The notes: generated from the sequence alone by a model not told the origin. 64,000 bases of DNA from Planctomycetota bacterium (GCA_965223545.1 OZ245006.1:6912001-6976000); one strand, 5' to 3'. Positions 36,540-46,423 are shown, counted from the first letter of the stretch. Program-made: numbers and translations.

Positions 36540-38072
36540 CTACTGCCGCCGGCGTCGGATCTTGCTCAGGTCCAAACTGCGCTTGCCGCCGGCAGGTCGT
36601 GGTGTGGCCGGCGCCAGCGTCTCGCGCAACAACCGCAAAGTCGTGTCGCGGTGGCGCAGCACCTGCCGGAGGAGGGTCTGCCAGCGTTGGTCGATGCGCT
36701 GCACGGTCGCGGCCTCGAACAGATCGGTATCGTACTCCCAGTAGCCGGTCAGGTGGTCCGGGGTCTCGTCCAGGATCAGCGCGATGTCGAACCGTGCGTT
36801 GCGCGGATCGACGATCTCGTAGCTCGACTCGACCTCGGGCAGGCGGATCGGTGCCAGCAGGTTCTTCATCGGCGCGATCCAGGCGTGGATCAGCGGCGCC
36901 TCGGCGGCGGTCGCGCCGGGGCGCACCGCCTGGAAGATCCGGTCGAACGGCACCTCTTCGTGGGTCGCGACCTCCAGCGCCGTGCGCTGTGCGCGGCGAA
37001 TGAGCTCGGCGAAGTCGGGGTTGCCGCCGAGGTCGAGGCGCAGGATCAACGTCTGCACGAAGAATCCGATCAACGGCTCGAGCTCGGTGCGGCCGCGGAT
37101 CGAGCTCGGCGTACCGATCACCATGTCGGTCTGCCCCGAGTAGCTGTGCCACAGCGCGAAGTACGACGCGAGCAGCACCCAGTTGGAGGTGACGCGCTCG
37201 CGCTTGCAGTACTCCTGCAAGGCCTCGAACAGAGCGGGTTCCAGTCGCAGCCGGTGGAATGCGCCGTGCGGCGCCGCCCGCCCGCCATCGGGGTCCGCCC
37301 GCTGCCGCGGGTCGGGGCGCGGCCGATCGGTCGGCAGCTCGATCATCGGCAGCGCGCCACCGAGGTAGCGCCGCCAAAACGGGAGCTTCTTCGCAATGCG
37401 ATCCTCGTCGACCGTGTCGCGTTCCCAGGCGGCGTAGTCGGCGAACTGGATCGACAGCGGCGGTAGGGTGACGTCCGCGCCGCGTTCGTCGGCGTGGTAC
37501 AGCTTGCCGAGCTCGTCGAAGAAGATCGTGTAGGCGACGCCGTCGGAGACGATGTGGTGCATCGTCAACCCGAACTCGCAGGCGTCGTCGGCCAGGAGCG
37601 CCAGCGTCGTGCGGATCAGCGGCGGCGCGTCCAGGCGAAACGGGCCGCGGGCTTCTTCGAGCCACAGCGACGTCCGCGCCTCGCTCTGCCGCTCGGCGTC
37701 GAGCGCGCGCAGATCCTCGACCCGCAGAGGTACTTCCAACGCCGGTAGGATGCGCTGCCGCGGCGCGCCGTCGCGTACCACGAACGACGTGCGCAGCACC
37801 GTGTGCCGCTCGACGATCCGCCCGATGCAGCGCCGCAGCCGGTCCGGATCGAGGCGCCGCCCGCGCAGATGGACGGTCAGCGTGTCGTTGTACTCGGAGG
37901 ATTGCGGATCCAGCTGCTGCACGAACCACATGCGGTGCTGGCCGTAGCTGAGCGGCGCCTCGGCGGTGGGGTCGGCGCGCGATGGGATGCCGGGCGGCGC
38001 CTGCTTGGTGATGCCCTTGGCCTCGAGCATCTGCTGGAGCAGTTTGAGCTTGTCCTTGCTGGGGCCTGCCAT
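36540..38072 (-). CDS. Stand-alone NRPS condensation-domain protein (LCL-type motifs)
   Basis: PLSYGQHRMWF, RHTVLRTSF, HHIVSDG, QFADYAAW and LIGFFVQT motifs. No adenylation or carrier domain. Confidence 0.92.
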   Translation of the reverse strand: MAGPSKDKLKLLQQMLEAKGITKQAPPGIPSRADPTAEAPLSYGQHRMWFVQQLDPQSSEYNDTLTVHLRGRRLDPDRLRRCIGRIVERHTVLRTSFVVRDGAPRQRILPALEVPLRVEDLRALDAERQSEARTSLWLEEARGPFRLDAPPLIRTTLALLADDACEFGLTMHHIVSDGVAYTIFFDELGKLYHADERGADVTLPPLSIQFADYAAWERDTVDEDRIAKKLPFWRRYLGGALPMIELPTDRPRPDPRQRADPDGGRAAPHGAFHRLRLEPALFEALQEYCKRERVTSNWVLLASYFALWHSYSGQTDMVIGTPSSIRGRTELEPLIGFFVQTLILRLDLGGNPDFAELIRRAQRTALEVATHEEVPFDRIFQAVRPGATAAEAPLIHAWIAPMKNLLAPIRLPEVESSYEIVDPRNARFDIALILDETPDHLTGYWEYDTDLFEAATVQRIDQRWQTLLRQVLRHRDTTLRLLRETLAPATPRPAGGKRSLDLSKIRRRRQ

Positions 38073-38139
38073 GCCGAGTGGTCTCGTCGCGACTGTAGCG
38101 GACTCGGTATAACCGGGGCACGCCAAAGCGGCACCGACC

Positions 38140-40506
38140 ATGCTTCTTCTTCGCTCGCTGTTCGCCGGACTCGTCCTCGCTTGCGTCGCTCGTGCGCAGC
38201 TCGAAGGCGGCGTCGTCGCCCTGCACCAGGCCTGTCTGGACGCCACCACCGACGCCCTGGTGCTCAACATCGCCGCGCATCCCGACGATGAAGCCGACCG
38301 CACGCTGACCTGGTTGCGGCATCGGCTCGGAGTGCGCACGGTCACCGCCTACACGACGTGTGGACAGGGCGGCCAGAACGCGATCGGCGCCGACATCGGC
38401 CCCGCTCTGGCGCGCATTCGCGTGCGCGAGACCCTCGCCGCGGCGCGCCACACCGGCGTCGCGGTGCGATGGCTCGGCTTCCCCGATTTCGGCTACTCGA
38501 AGACGCTGGCGGAGACGGTGGCGTTCTGGGGCGAGCAGGAGCTGTTGGCGCGCATGCGTCGCTTGGTCGCCGAGCTGGGCCCGGATGCCGTGCTCACCAA
38601 CCACGGCTTGCGCCGCGGGCATGGCCATCACCGGGCCTCCGCCTTCGCCATCGAGACGGTGCTGGGAGAGGTGTGGGATGCCGGTGGATCGGTGCCGTTG
38701 TGGAACCGGGAGTTCGGCGTTCTGCGCCGCCCAGACTGGGAGTGCGACCCGTTCGAGTTCGACCCGGTGCGCGGCGCCACCTACGCGCGGCAGGCGAGCG
38801 ATGGGCGTCACCAACACCGCACCCAGGGTCCCTGGCGCCCCCACGATCCGCGGCGCACCCGGCGCGATCGGTGGCGGCTGCAGTTTCCGCGCCTGCGGGG
38901 GGTGGCGCCCTCGCCGCTGGCGCACTTCGGCTCGCTGCTCGAAGAGGATGAGTTCCGCACGGCTTGGGCGGCGAGTGGCGGTGATCTCGGGGCGCTGCAG
39001 GCGGCGTTCGACGGCTTCGCGGCTCGGCGTGGGGCGGAAGAGCACGTCGCCGCCGCCAGCCGGCTGTTGCGGCAGCTGCGCCCGTTGCGCGAGCGGCTGA
39101 CCGAAGCCGGCGCCGCGCGGCGCCGCCTCGACCGGCGGCTCGACGCGCTCGAACGCGTCGTCCTCGCGGGTCGCGGCATCGGGGTCGAGGCGTTCGTCGA
39201 CCCGCCGCGGTTGGCCCGCGGCAGCCGGGGGACCGTGCGCGTGCTGGTGCACGCGGCGTCGCCCGACGACGTCGAGGCGGTCGGCGCGACCTGCCGCGGC
39301 GCGGCGGCGGAGGCGGTGTCCGTCGAGGGACGGGGGCGGCACTGGCTGCAGGTCGAGTTCGATGCCGGCGATCCCCGCTACAACTCGTCCTCGACCAACG
39401 ACTACGAGCCGGAGTGGGTCGAGGTCGCGGTGGCGCTGCGGGTCGCCGGTCTGCCGATCGTCCGTCACATGGCCTTGGCCGCCGAGTTGGAGCCGGGGAC
39501 CGAGCTGCGATGGTCGCAGCCCAGCCTGCTCGTGCGCGCGGGTGATCCAGCGGCTCGATCGATCGCCCTGCAGATGCGCCACGAGGGTGACGAAGTGCTG
39601 CACGCCGAGGTCGGCTTGGAGTTGCCGGTCGGGGTGCGGGCCACGGTGACGCCGGCCCGCGTCGAGCTGTCGCCGGCCCGCCCGACCCAGCAGCTGTCGG
39701 TGCAGCTCGAGAGCGGAGCGATGGCCGCCGGACGGGGGGTGGTGCGCGCCCGCGCCGCCGGCGCAGAGGCCGCACTGGATCTCGTCGCCGTGCCGCTCGC
39801 GGTGCCACCTCAGCTGCGGGTCGGCCTGGTGCGCGGTCCGGACGACACCTTGCTGCGCGCGCTGAAAGGCTTGGGGGTCGCCGTCGTCGAGCTCGACCGC
39901 GCCGCGCTCGATGCCACCAGCTGGCAGCAGTTGTCGACGGTCGTGCTCGACATCCGCGCCTACTACCACCGGCCGGAGCTGGCCCGTCACAGGGAGCGTT
40001 TGCTGGCGTTCTGCGCCGCCGGCGGTCGGGTGGTCAGCTTCTACCACAAGCCCGGCGAGTGGAACGCGGCCGAGGGGCGTCCACTGTTGGCGCCCTACGC
40101 GCTGCGCGTCGGCAACGCGCGGGTCAGCGAAGAGGACGCCGTCGTCACTCTGCTGCGGCCCGAGCATCCGCTGTGGAGTTGGCCGTCGTCGATCACCAAG
40201 CGTGACTTCGACGGCTGGGTGCAGGAGCGCGGGCTCAACTACCCGGTCGAGTGGGCTCCCGAGTGGGTGCCGTTGATCGCCGCCGCGGACCGCGGCGAGC
40301 GGCGGCTCGACACCGGCCTGCTCTACGCCCGGCACGGAGCCGGCGATTTCGTCTACTGCTCCCTAGCGCTCTACCGCCAGCTGCGCGCCGGCCACCCAGG
40401 CGCCGCCCGGATCGCGATCAACCTGCTGTGTCCACCGCCCCGCCGCGTGGCTGCTACTGCACGATCTTCTGTCCGGCCTCCTGCCAGTCCAGAATCCCAC
40501 CGCTGA
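38140..40506 (+). CDS. PIG-L/LmbE-family deacetylase with C-terminal Ig and class I GATase-like domains, exported
   Basis: AAHPDDE, GQGGQNAIG, DFGYSK, HGHH, DGWVQERGL and LYRQL motifs. Confidence 0.88.
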   Translation: MLLLRSLFAGLVLACVARAQLEGGVVALHQACLDATTDALVLNIAAHPDDEADRTLTWLRHRLGVRTVTAYTTCGQGGQNAIGADIGPALARIRVRETLAAARHTGVAVRWLGFPDFGYSKTLAETVAFWGEQELLARMRRLVAELGPDAVLTNHGLRRGHGHHRASAFAIETVLGEVWDAGGSVPLWNREFGVLRRPDWECDPFEFDPVRGATYARQASDGRHQHRTQGPWRPHDPRRTRRDRWRLQFPRLRGVAPSPLAHFGSLLEEDEFRTAWAASGGDLGALQAAFDGFAARRGAEEHVAAASRLLRQLRPLRERLTEAGAARRRLDRRLDALERVVLAGRGIGVEAFVDPPRLARGSRGTVRVLVHAASPDDVEAVGATCRGAAAEAVSVEGRGRHWLQVEFDAGDPRYNSSSTNDYEPEWVEVAVALRVAGLPIVRHMALAAELEPGTELRWSQPSLLVRAGDPAARSIALQMRHEGDEVLHAEVGLELPVGVRATVTPARVELSPARPTQQLSVQLESGAMAAGRGVVRARAAGAEAALDLVAVPLAVPPQLRVGLVRGPDDTLLRALKGLGVAVVELDRAALDATSWQQLSTVVLDIRAYYHRPELARHRERLLAFCAAGGRVVSFYHKPGEWNAAEGRPLLAPYALRVGNARVSEEDAVVTLLRPEHPLWSWPSSITKRDFDGWVQERGLNYPVEWAPEWVPLIAAADRGERRLDTGLLYARHGAGDFVYCSLALYRQLRAGHPGAARIAINLLCPPPRRVAATARSSVRPPASPESHR

Positions 40507-41323
40507 GGTGGTGCAGCCGGTCGAAGCCGAGCTCGGCGAAGATCGGCAGCGCGTTGCTCGAGCGGCCGCCGGAGCGGCAGTGCATCAGGTAGCTCTTCTT
40601 CGGGTCGAGCTCGGCCAGCTTCTGTCGAAAGTCGGTGGCCTTGAAGTCGATGTTGACCGCCCCTTCGAGGTGGCCTTGAGCGAACTCCTCCGCGGTGCGG
40701 ATGTCGAGAACGACGGTCTCGGATTGGTCGGCCAACAGCTTGGCGGCCGCCGCTGCGTCGACCTCGACCACGGCCGGCGCGGCTGGCGCGACGGCGTCAG
40801 GTTGGCTCTCGCTGGGGCGCGAGGCCGGGGTTGCCGGTGTAGTCGGGCCCTCCGCCGTGCCTTCCGCCGGGGAGCATGCGATCACCAGGAGCAGTAAGGC
40901 GAGTGAGCCTCCGGCGCCTCGAATCTTCGAGCGTCGACAACATTTTCGAGGCGACGTCGCTGCCATGGCGACAACGCCGCCGCGCCGGAGGCTCGGAGAG
41001 ACAGTGCCTCCGGGCTCAGCGCGGCGGCGGATGTGTCGGACCTTCCAATCCGCTCCGGCGAGAGCGGCATCCGAGTTTGGTTGCGGCCGTGGCCGCGCTG
41101 AGCCTCCGGCGCCTCGAATCTTCGAGCGTCGACAACATTTTCGAGGCGACGTCGCTGCCATGGCGACAACGCCGCCGCGCCGGAGGCTTGGAGAGACAGT
41201 GCCTCCGGGCTCAGCGCGGCGGCGGATGTGTCGGACCTTCCAAACCGCGCCGGCAAGAGCGGCATCCGAGTTTGGTTGCGGGCGTGGCCGCGCTGAGCAA
41301 TTGGGCATCGCGGTGCGGATCAT
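40454..41323 (-). CDS. Rhodanese-domain lipoprotein carrying an in-frame 130-aa repeat insertion in its signal peptide
   Basis: LDIRTAEEF..GHLEGA and HCRSGGRS motifs; lipobox-like LLLLVIA-C. The frame is open through both repeat units from ATG 41323. Confidence 0.8.
   Translation of the reverse strand: MIRTAMPNCSARPRPQPNSDAALAGAVWKVRHIRRRAEPGGTVSPSLRRGGVVAMAATSPRKCCRRSKIRGAGGSARPRPQPNSDAALAGADWKVRHIRRRAEPGGTVSPSLRRGGVVAMAATSPRKCCRRSKIRGAGGSLALLLLVIACSPAEGTAEGPTTPATPASRPSESQPDAVAPAAPAVVEVDAAAAAKLLADQSETVVLDIRTAEEFAQGHLEGAVNIDFKATDFRQKLAELDPKKSYLMHCRSGGRSSNALPIFAELGFDRLHHLSGGILDWQEAGQKIVQ
40904..41298 (-). repeat. Tandem pair of 195-bp structured elements bounded by TGAGC/GCTCA
   Basis: TGAGC at 40904, 41099 and 41294 (period 195). 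The units differ at about 5 positions and contain long internal inverted repeats. Confidence 0.95.
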
Positions 41324-41430
41324 TACGGCCAAGATACGAGCGACCGGCGGTCGGTGCGAGTCTGCGGCCGCGGGTCGCTCGAGGCAGTGCCCGCCCGGGA
41401 GGTGATGCACGCACGCCGCAAGTGCGCGGA

Positions 41431-41799
41431 TCATGCTGTGTTGGCGCGCTGCTTGGCCTTGGACTCCTCAGCGCGTCGGCGGGCTTTGAACGCGCAGCCC
41501 CACTCCTGCATCGACTTCAGGATCGGCGCCAGGGACCGACCGAACTCGGTGACCTCGTACTCGACACGCGGCGGTACCTCGGCGTAGACGTGCCGGTCGA
41601 GGACGCCGTCGGCCTCCAGCTCGCGGAGCTGCAGTGTGATCATGCGCTCGGTTGCGTTCGACACGAGACGCCGCAGTTCACCGAAGCGTTTGCGGCCCGC
41701 GAGCAAATGGCAGACGAGGACGGGCTTCCAACGGCCGCCGATGACGCTCAGGGTCGCCTCGACGTCGCAGCCAGTCTTCCAGTTGTATTTGCGAGTCAT
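41431..41799 (-). CDS. HxlR-family winged-helix transcriptional regulator
   Basis: CDVEATLSVIGGRWK, RFGELRR, QLRELEADG and VPPRVEY motifs; divergent from the oxidoreductase. Confidence 0.93.
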   Translation of the reverse strand: MTRKYNWKTGCDVEATLSVIGGRWKPVLVCHLLAGRKRFGELRRLVSNATERMITLQLRELEADGVLDRHVYAEVPPRVEYEVTEFGRSLAPILKSMQEWGCAFKARRRAEESKAKQRANTA

Positions 41800-41914
41800 G
41801 GGATCGCTCTCACTGTCGCGAATGTCCTTTACTTACAAAAATGTGGGTTCTTGTAAAGAGTGTTGTGCTGGGCCACCGTGCGATCCCCAGTCGATCGAGG
41901 AGATCAACACGACC

Positions 41915-42901
41915 ATGAAGGCAATGACCGTCAGCTCTTACGGCGAAGACGCCGTGTTCGAACCGGCCGAGGTGGTGACCCCACCGGTTACATCCGACCA
42001 CGTCCTGGTCAGGATCGCGGCGTCCAGCGTCAACACCGTGGACACCATGATCCGGAAGATGGGCAAAGCACTCCCTCTCTCACCAGACACGCCGGCAGTT
42101 CTGGGCATGGATTTCGCCGGTACCGTCGAGACCGTGGGTGATGGTGTCGAGGGCTTCGCGGTTGGCGACGAGGTCTACGGCTGCGCTGGAGGGCTTGCCG
42201 GCCTGCCGGGAACTTTGGCGGAGTTCATCGCCGCCGACAGCAACCTGATCGCCCACAAGCCCAGCAACCTCTCGATGCGCGAAGCGGCGGCCTTGCCGCT
42301 GGTCGCGATCACCGCGTACGAGGGCTTGACTCGGGCCGGCGTCACTGCCGGTCAGAAAGTCTTGGTGCATGGTGGCTCCGGTGGCGTCGGCCACGTCGCG
42401 CTGCAGCTCGCCGAGTACTTCGGAGCCGACGTCTACGCGACCGGCGGCGGCGACAAGCAGACGGCGTTGATCGAGCGGCTCGGGGCGACCGCGATCAACT
42501 ACAAGACCGAGTCCGTTGAGCAGTACGTCGCCGCCCACACGGGCGGACAGGGATTCGACGTCGTGTTCGATTCCGTCGGCGGTGCCAACATGGCGACCTC
42601 GTTCGAGGCGGCCGCTCTCAATGGCCACGTGGCCTCGACGGTTGCCCTGTGTGAGCTGGATTTGTCGACGGCTCACTTCAAGGGGCTCTCGCTGCACGTC
42701 GTCTTCATGCTCATTCCCATGCTCCATGACCACGGCCGCGAGCAGCACGGCGAGATCCTGCGCAAGCTGGCGCAGATCGTCGAAGCGGGTGGGCTGACGC
42801 CCGTTCTCGACGAGAACCACTACTCGCTGTCCGAGGTCGGTGCCGCGCACGCCCGACTGGAGAGTGGACGAGCGATGGGCAAGGTCGTCATCGAGAACTG
42901 A
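41915..42901 (+). CDS. MDR-superfamily NADPH:quinone oxidoreductase-like protein
   Basis: LGMDFAG, VLVHGGSGGVGH and GKVVI motifs; upstream GAGGAG. Confidence 0.92.
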   Translation: MKAMTVSSYGEDAVFEPAEVVTPPVTSDHVLVRIAASSVNTVDTMIRKMGKALPLSPDTPAVLGMDFAGTVETVGDGVEGFAVGDEVYGCAGGLAGLPGTLAEFIAADSNLIAHKPSNLSMREAAALPLVAITAYEGLTRAGVTAGQKVLVHGGSGGVGHVALQLAEYFGADVYATGGGDKQTALIERLGATAINYKTESVEQYVAAHTGGQGFDVVFDSVGGANMATSFEAAALNGHVASTVALCELDLSTAHFKGLSLHVVFMLIPMLHDHGREQHGEILRKLAQIVEAGGLTPVLDENHYSLSEVGAAHARLESGRAMGKVVIEN

Positions 42902-42934
42902 AGCGCGCCGCAGCGACTCGGAGATGAACCGAGC

Positions 42935-45900
42935 TCACTCGGCCGCGAGCACGATCAGCAGGTCTTCCGCCTGGACCGCTGCGTTGAGGTCCGGCACCAC
43001 CTCGGCGATGGTCGCGGCCCGCGGTGCGCGCACGATGGTCTCCATCTTCATCGCCTCCAGGGTGAGCAGGGCGTCGCCCTCCGCCACTTGGTCGCCGGCG
43101 GCGACGTGGCGCGCGATCACCGTGCCCGGCATCGGCGCGCCCAGCTGGCAGTCGTCGGCGCGGTCGGCCCGTCGCCGGGCGACGGCGGCACCGGCCAGCG
43201 AGCGGTCGCGCGCCACGACCTGGCGGCCTTGGCCGTTGAGCTCGAAGTAGACGATGCGCTCGCCGAGGGCGTTGGCGTCGCCGATGGCGGCCAGCGAGAT
43301 CACCAGCGTCTTGCCGGGCTCGAGGTCGACGTTGACCTCTTGGCCGATCTCCAGCCCGTACAGGTACGTCGGTGTGTCGAGCACGGAGACGTCCTCGTGC
43401 CGGCTCTGGAAGTCGAGGTGGTCGTTGATGACGCGCGGATAGAGCGCGGCGCTGACCGCGGTGTGGTGCGGGATGGGGCGCTCGTATCGCTGCTCCAGCT
43501 CGCGCGCCAGCGCGGCCAGATCGATCGGTTCGAGGCGGTCGCTGGGGTTGCCGTCGACGACCGGCAGGCCCTTGAGGACGGCCTTCTGCAGCGCGGGCGG
43601 GAACCCGCCGGGCGCCTGGCCGAGGTGGCCCTGAAAGTAGGTGACGACGCTCACCGGGAAGTCCAGCCGGGGCGCTTGCTCGAGCACGCGCTGCAGGGTG
43701 CGGTCGATCATCCGCTCGGCGTTGTCGTCGAACACCAGCAGGTCGTTCTGCACCACGAAGATGGCGAAGTCGCCGACCATCTTGCTGCTCGGCGTGACCT
43801 TGGGAATGTCGCCGACCAGCTGATTGACCACGTAGAAGGCGTGCTTGACCTCGGTCCAGCGGTCGAGCAACCCCATCGAAGCGACCTGCGGGCGCAGGTT
43901 GCTGTACTGGCCGCCGGGGATCTCGTGGTAGTAGACCTCGGAGGTGCTGCTCTTGAGCCCGCACTCGAACGGCGCGTAGAAGTCGCGGACGACCTCCCAG
44001 TAGTCGGCCAGCGGCTGCAGGGTCTTGTTGCCCATGCCGGTCTCGCGCTCGCCGCCGCGCAACGCTGCGACCAGCGCGTTCATGCTCGGTTGGCTGGTCA
44101 GTCCGGCCATCGGCGCCAGCGCGGTGTCGACGATGTCGACGCCGCAGTCGATCGCCTCCATCAAGGTGGCGATGCCGTTGCCGCTGGTGTCGTGCGTGTG
44201 CAGGTGGATCGGCAGCTCGGTGGCGTCGGCCAGCCCCTCCATCAGGATGCGCGCGGCGCGCGGCCGCAGCAGGCCGGCCATGTCCTTGATGCACAGCATG
44301 TGCGCGCCCAGGTCCTCGATCCGTCGCGCCAGGTCGCGGTAGTACTGCAGCGTGTACTTGGTCCGGTGTGGATTGGCGAGATCGCCCGTGTAGCAGATGC
44401 AGACCTCGGCGACCTTCGGCGTCTGCAGGATGCGTTGCACCGAGACGCGCATGTTGTCGAGGTCGTTGAGGCTGTCGAACACTCGAAACACGTCGATTCC
44501 GGCGAGCGCGGCTTCCTCGATGAACGCTTCGACGACGTTGTTCGGATAGCTCGTGTAGCCGACCGCGTTGGCGCCGCGCAGCAGCATCTGCTGCAGGATG
44601 TTGGGCACCGCGCGCTTGAGCTTGCGCAGTCGATCCCACGGATCCTCGTTGAGGAACCGGTAGGCGACGTCGAAGGTGGCGCCGCCCCAGGTCTCCAACG
44701 AGAACAGCTGTGGGGCCAGGTGCGCGGTTGCTCCCGCGATGCGGAGCAGGTCGTAGGTGCGCACGCGCGTCGCCAACAGGCTCTGGTGCGCGTCGCGCAT
44801 CGTCGTATCGGTGAGCAACGGCTGGCTCTGGGCGCGCACCCAGCGCGCCAGGCCGTGCGGCCCTTCGCGCTCGAGCACTTGCACCGTGCCGTCCGGCGGT
44901 GGGGCCTCGGGGACGTTGGGCACCGGTGCCTCGATCAGCGCGGTGGGCTGCATGCGCTGTTCGCGTTTGATCGTCGGGTGACCGTTGACCAAGACGTCGG
45001 CGAGATAGGTCAGGATCTTGGTCGCGCGGTCCCGCCGCCAGTCGAGGTCGAACAGCTCGCGCGAGTCGTCGATGAAGCTGGTGTAGACGTCGCCACCGCG
45101 GAACGCGTCGTGGCGCAGCACGTTCTCCAGGAAGGCGATGTTGGTCTTGACGCCGCGGATCCGGAACTCGCGCAGCGCGCGCAACCCCTTGCCAATGGCG
45201 CGTTCGAAGGTCAGCGCGTGGCTGGTGACCTTGACCAGGAGCGAGTCGTAGTGCGGCGAGATGTGGGCACCGGCGAAGCCGTTGCCGGTGTCGAGGCGAA
45301 TGCCGAATCCCGCCGCGCTGCGGAACGCCTGTAGCCGGCCGGTGTCCGGCATGAAGCCGTTGGCCGGATCCTCGGTGGTGATCCGGCACTGGATGGCGGA
45401 GCCGCGCGGTTGGATGGTGCGTTGGTCGAAGATGCCGATTTCCTCGGAGCCGAGGGTATGGCCCTCGGCGACGCGGATCTGTGCCTGCACCAGGTCGATG
45501 CCGGTGACCTCCTCGGTGACGGTGTGCTCGACCTGCAGGCGGGGGTTGACTTCGATGAAGTAGCTGTCGGTACCGGAGACGAGGAACTCGACGGTGCCGG
45601 CGTTGTGGTAGCCGACCGCTTGGCCGATCTTCAGCGCGTCCTCGTGCAGTCGCTGGCGCACGACCTCGTTGAGGTTGGGCGCCGGCGCGATCTCGATGAT
45701 CTTCTGGTGGCGGCGCTGGACCGAGCAGTCGCGCTCGTGCAGGTGGACCAGGTTGCCGCGCAGGTCGCCGAGGATCTGCACCTCGATGTGGCGCACGCGC
45801 GGCAGGTACTTCTCCAAGAACACCGTGCCGCTGCCGAACGCGGCCTTGGCCTCCGAGCTGGCGGCCTCGATCGCGGCCTGCAGGCCGTCGGCTGCGTGCA

Positions 45901-46423
45901 CCACCCGCATGCCGCGTCCGCCGCCGCCGTGCGCGGCCTTGACGATCAGTGGCGCGTGCTGTTCGAAGAACTGCCGTGCCGCCGGGTCGTCGGTGCGCTC
46001 CAGGGTCAGGCCGGGAACCACGGCGACACCGGCGCCTTCGGCGACGCGGCGCGCGCTGATCTTGTCGCCGATGGCGCGGATCGCGTCCGGCCGCGGACCG
46101 ATGAAGCGGATGCCGGCGTCCTCGCAGGCTTGCGCGAAGTCGGCGTTCTCGGACAGAAAGCCGTAGCCGGGGTGGATCGCGTCGACGTGGGCGCGGCGCG
46201 CGATGCGCAGCACGTCCTCGACGCTGAGGTAGGCCTCGACCGGCTGCTTGCCGCGGCCGATCAGGTAGGCCTCGTCAGCCTTGTAGCGGTGCTGGTGGGT
46301 GCGGTCTTCCTCGCTGTAGATCGCGACGGTGCGGATCGAGAGCTCGGTGCAGGCGCGGAACACGCGAATCGCGATCTCGCCGCGGTTGGCGCACAAAATC
46401 TTGCGGAACGAGGTGGTCTCCAT
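42935..46423 (-). CDS. pyc: Pyruvate carboxylase (single chain)
   Basis: ANRGEIA, HPGYGFLSEN, RDAHQS, HLHTHD and EAMKM biotinyl motifs; 1162 aa. Confidence 0.97.
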   Translation of the reverse strand: METTSFRKILCANRGEIAIRVFRACTELSIRTVAIYSEEDRTHQHRYKADEAYLIGRGKQPVEAYLSVEDVLRIARRAHVDAIHPGYGFLSENADFAQACEDAGIRFIGPRPDAIRAIGDKISARRVAEGAGVAVVPGLTLERTDDPAARQFFEQHAPLIVKAAHGGGGRGMRVVHAADGLQAAIEAASSEAKAAFGSGTVFLEKYLPRVRHIEVQILGDLRGNLVHLHERDCSVQRRHQKIIEIAPAPNLNEVVRQRLHEDALKIGQAVGYHNAGTVEFLVSGTDSYFIEVNPRLQVEHTVTEEVTGIDLVQAQIRVAEGHTLGSEEIGIFDQRTIQPRGSAIQCRITTEDPANGFMPDTGRLQAFRSAAGFGIRLDTGNGFAGAHISPHYDSLLVKVTSHALTFERAIGKGLRALREFRIRGVKTNIAFLENVLRHDAFRGGDVYTSFIDDSRELFDLDWRRDRATKILTYLADVLVNGHPTIKREQRMQPTALIEAPVPNVPEAPPPDGTVQVLEREGPHGLARWVRAQSQPLLTDTTMRDAHQSLLATRVRTYDLLRIAGATAHLAPQLFSLETWGGATFDVAYRFLNEDPWDRLRKLKRAVPNILQQMLLRGANAVGYTSYPNNVVEAFIEEAALAGIDVFRVFDSLNDLDNMRVSVQRILQTPKVAEVCICYTGDLANPHRTKYTLQYYRDLARRIEDLGAHMLCIKDMAGLLRPRAARILMEGLADATELPIHLHTHDTSGNGIATLMEAIDCGVDIVDTALAPMAGLTSQPSMNALVAALRGGERETGMGNKTLQPLADYWEVVRDFYAPFECGLKSSTSEVYYHEIPGGQYSNLRPQVASMGLLDRWTEVKHAFYVVNQLVGDIPKVTPSSKMVGDFAIFVVQNDLLVFDDNAERMIDRTLQRVLEQAPRLDFPVSVVTYFQGHLGQAPGGFPPALQKAVLKGLPVVDGNPSDRLEPIDLAALARELEQRYERPIPHHTAVSAALYPRVINDHLDFQSRHEDVSVLDTPTYLYGLEIGQEVNVDLEPGKTLVISLAAIGDANALGERIVYFELNGQGRQVVARDRSLAGAAVARRRADRADDCQLGAPMPGTVIARHVAAGDQVAEGDALLTLEAMKMETIVRAPRAATIAEVVPDLNAAVQAEDLLIVLAAE

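Noticed and set aside
31738..40506. NRPS biosynthetic cluster around the condensation gene
   Set aside because: No adenylation, carrier, PKS or PPTase genes; neighbours are pyk, an ECF factor and a deacetylase.
40454..40506. 53-bp convergent overlap of the deacetylase and rhodanese genes
   Set aside because: The deacetylase tail is low-complexity run-on past the conserved end, which is common in GC-rich genomes.
40904..41298. Possible CRISPR array
   Set aside because: Units are 195-bp full-length duplicates with no unique spacers, and there are no cas genes.
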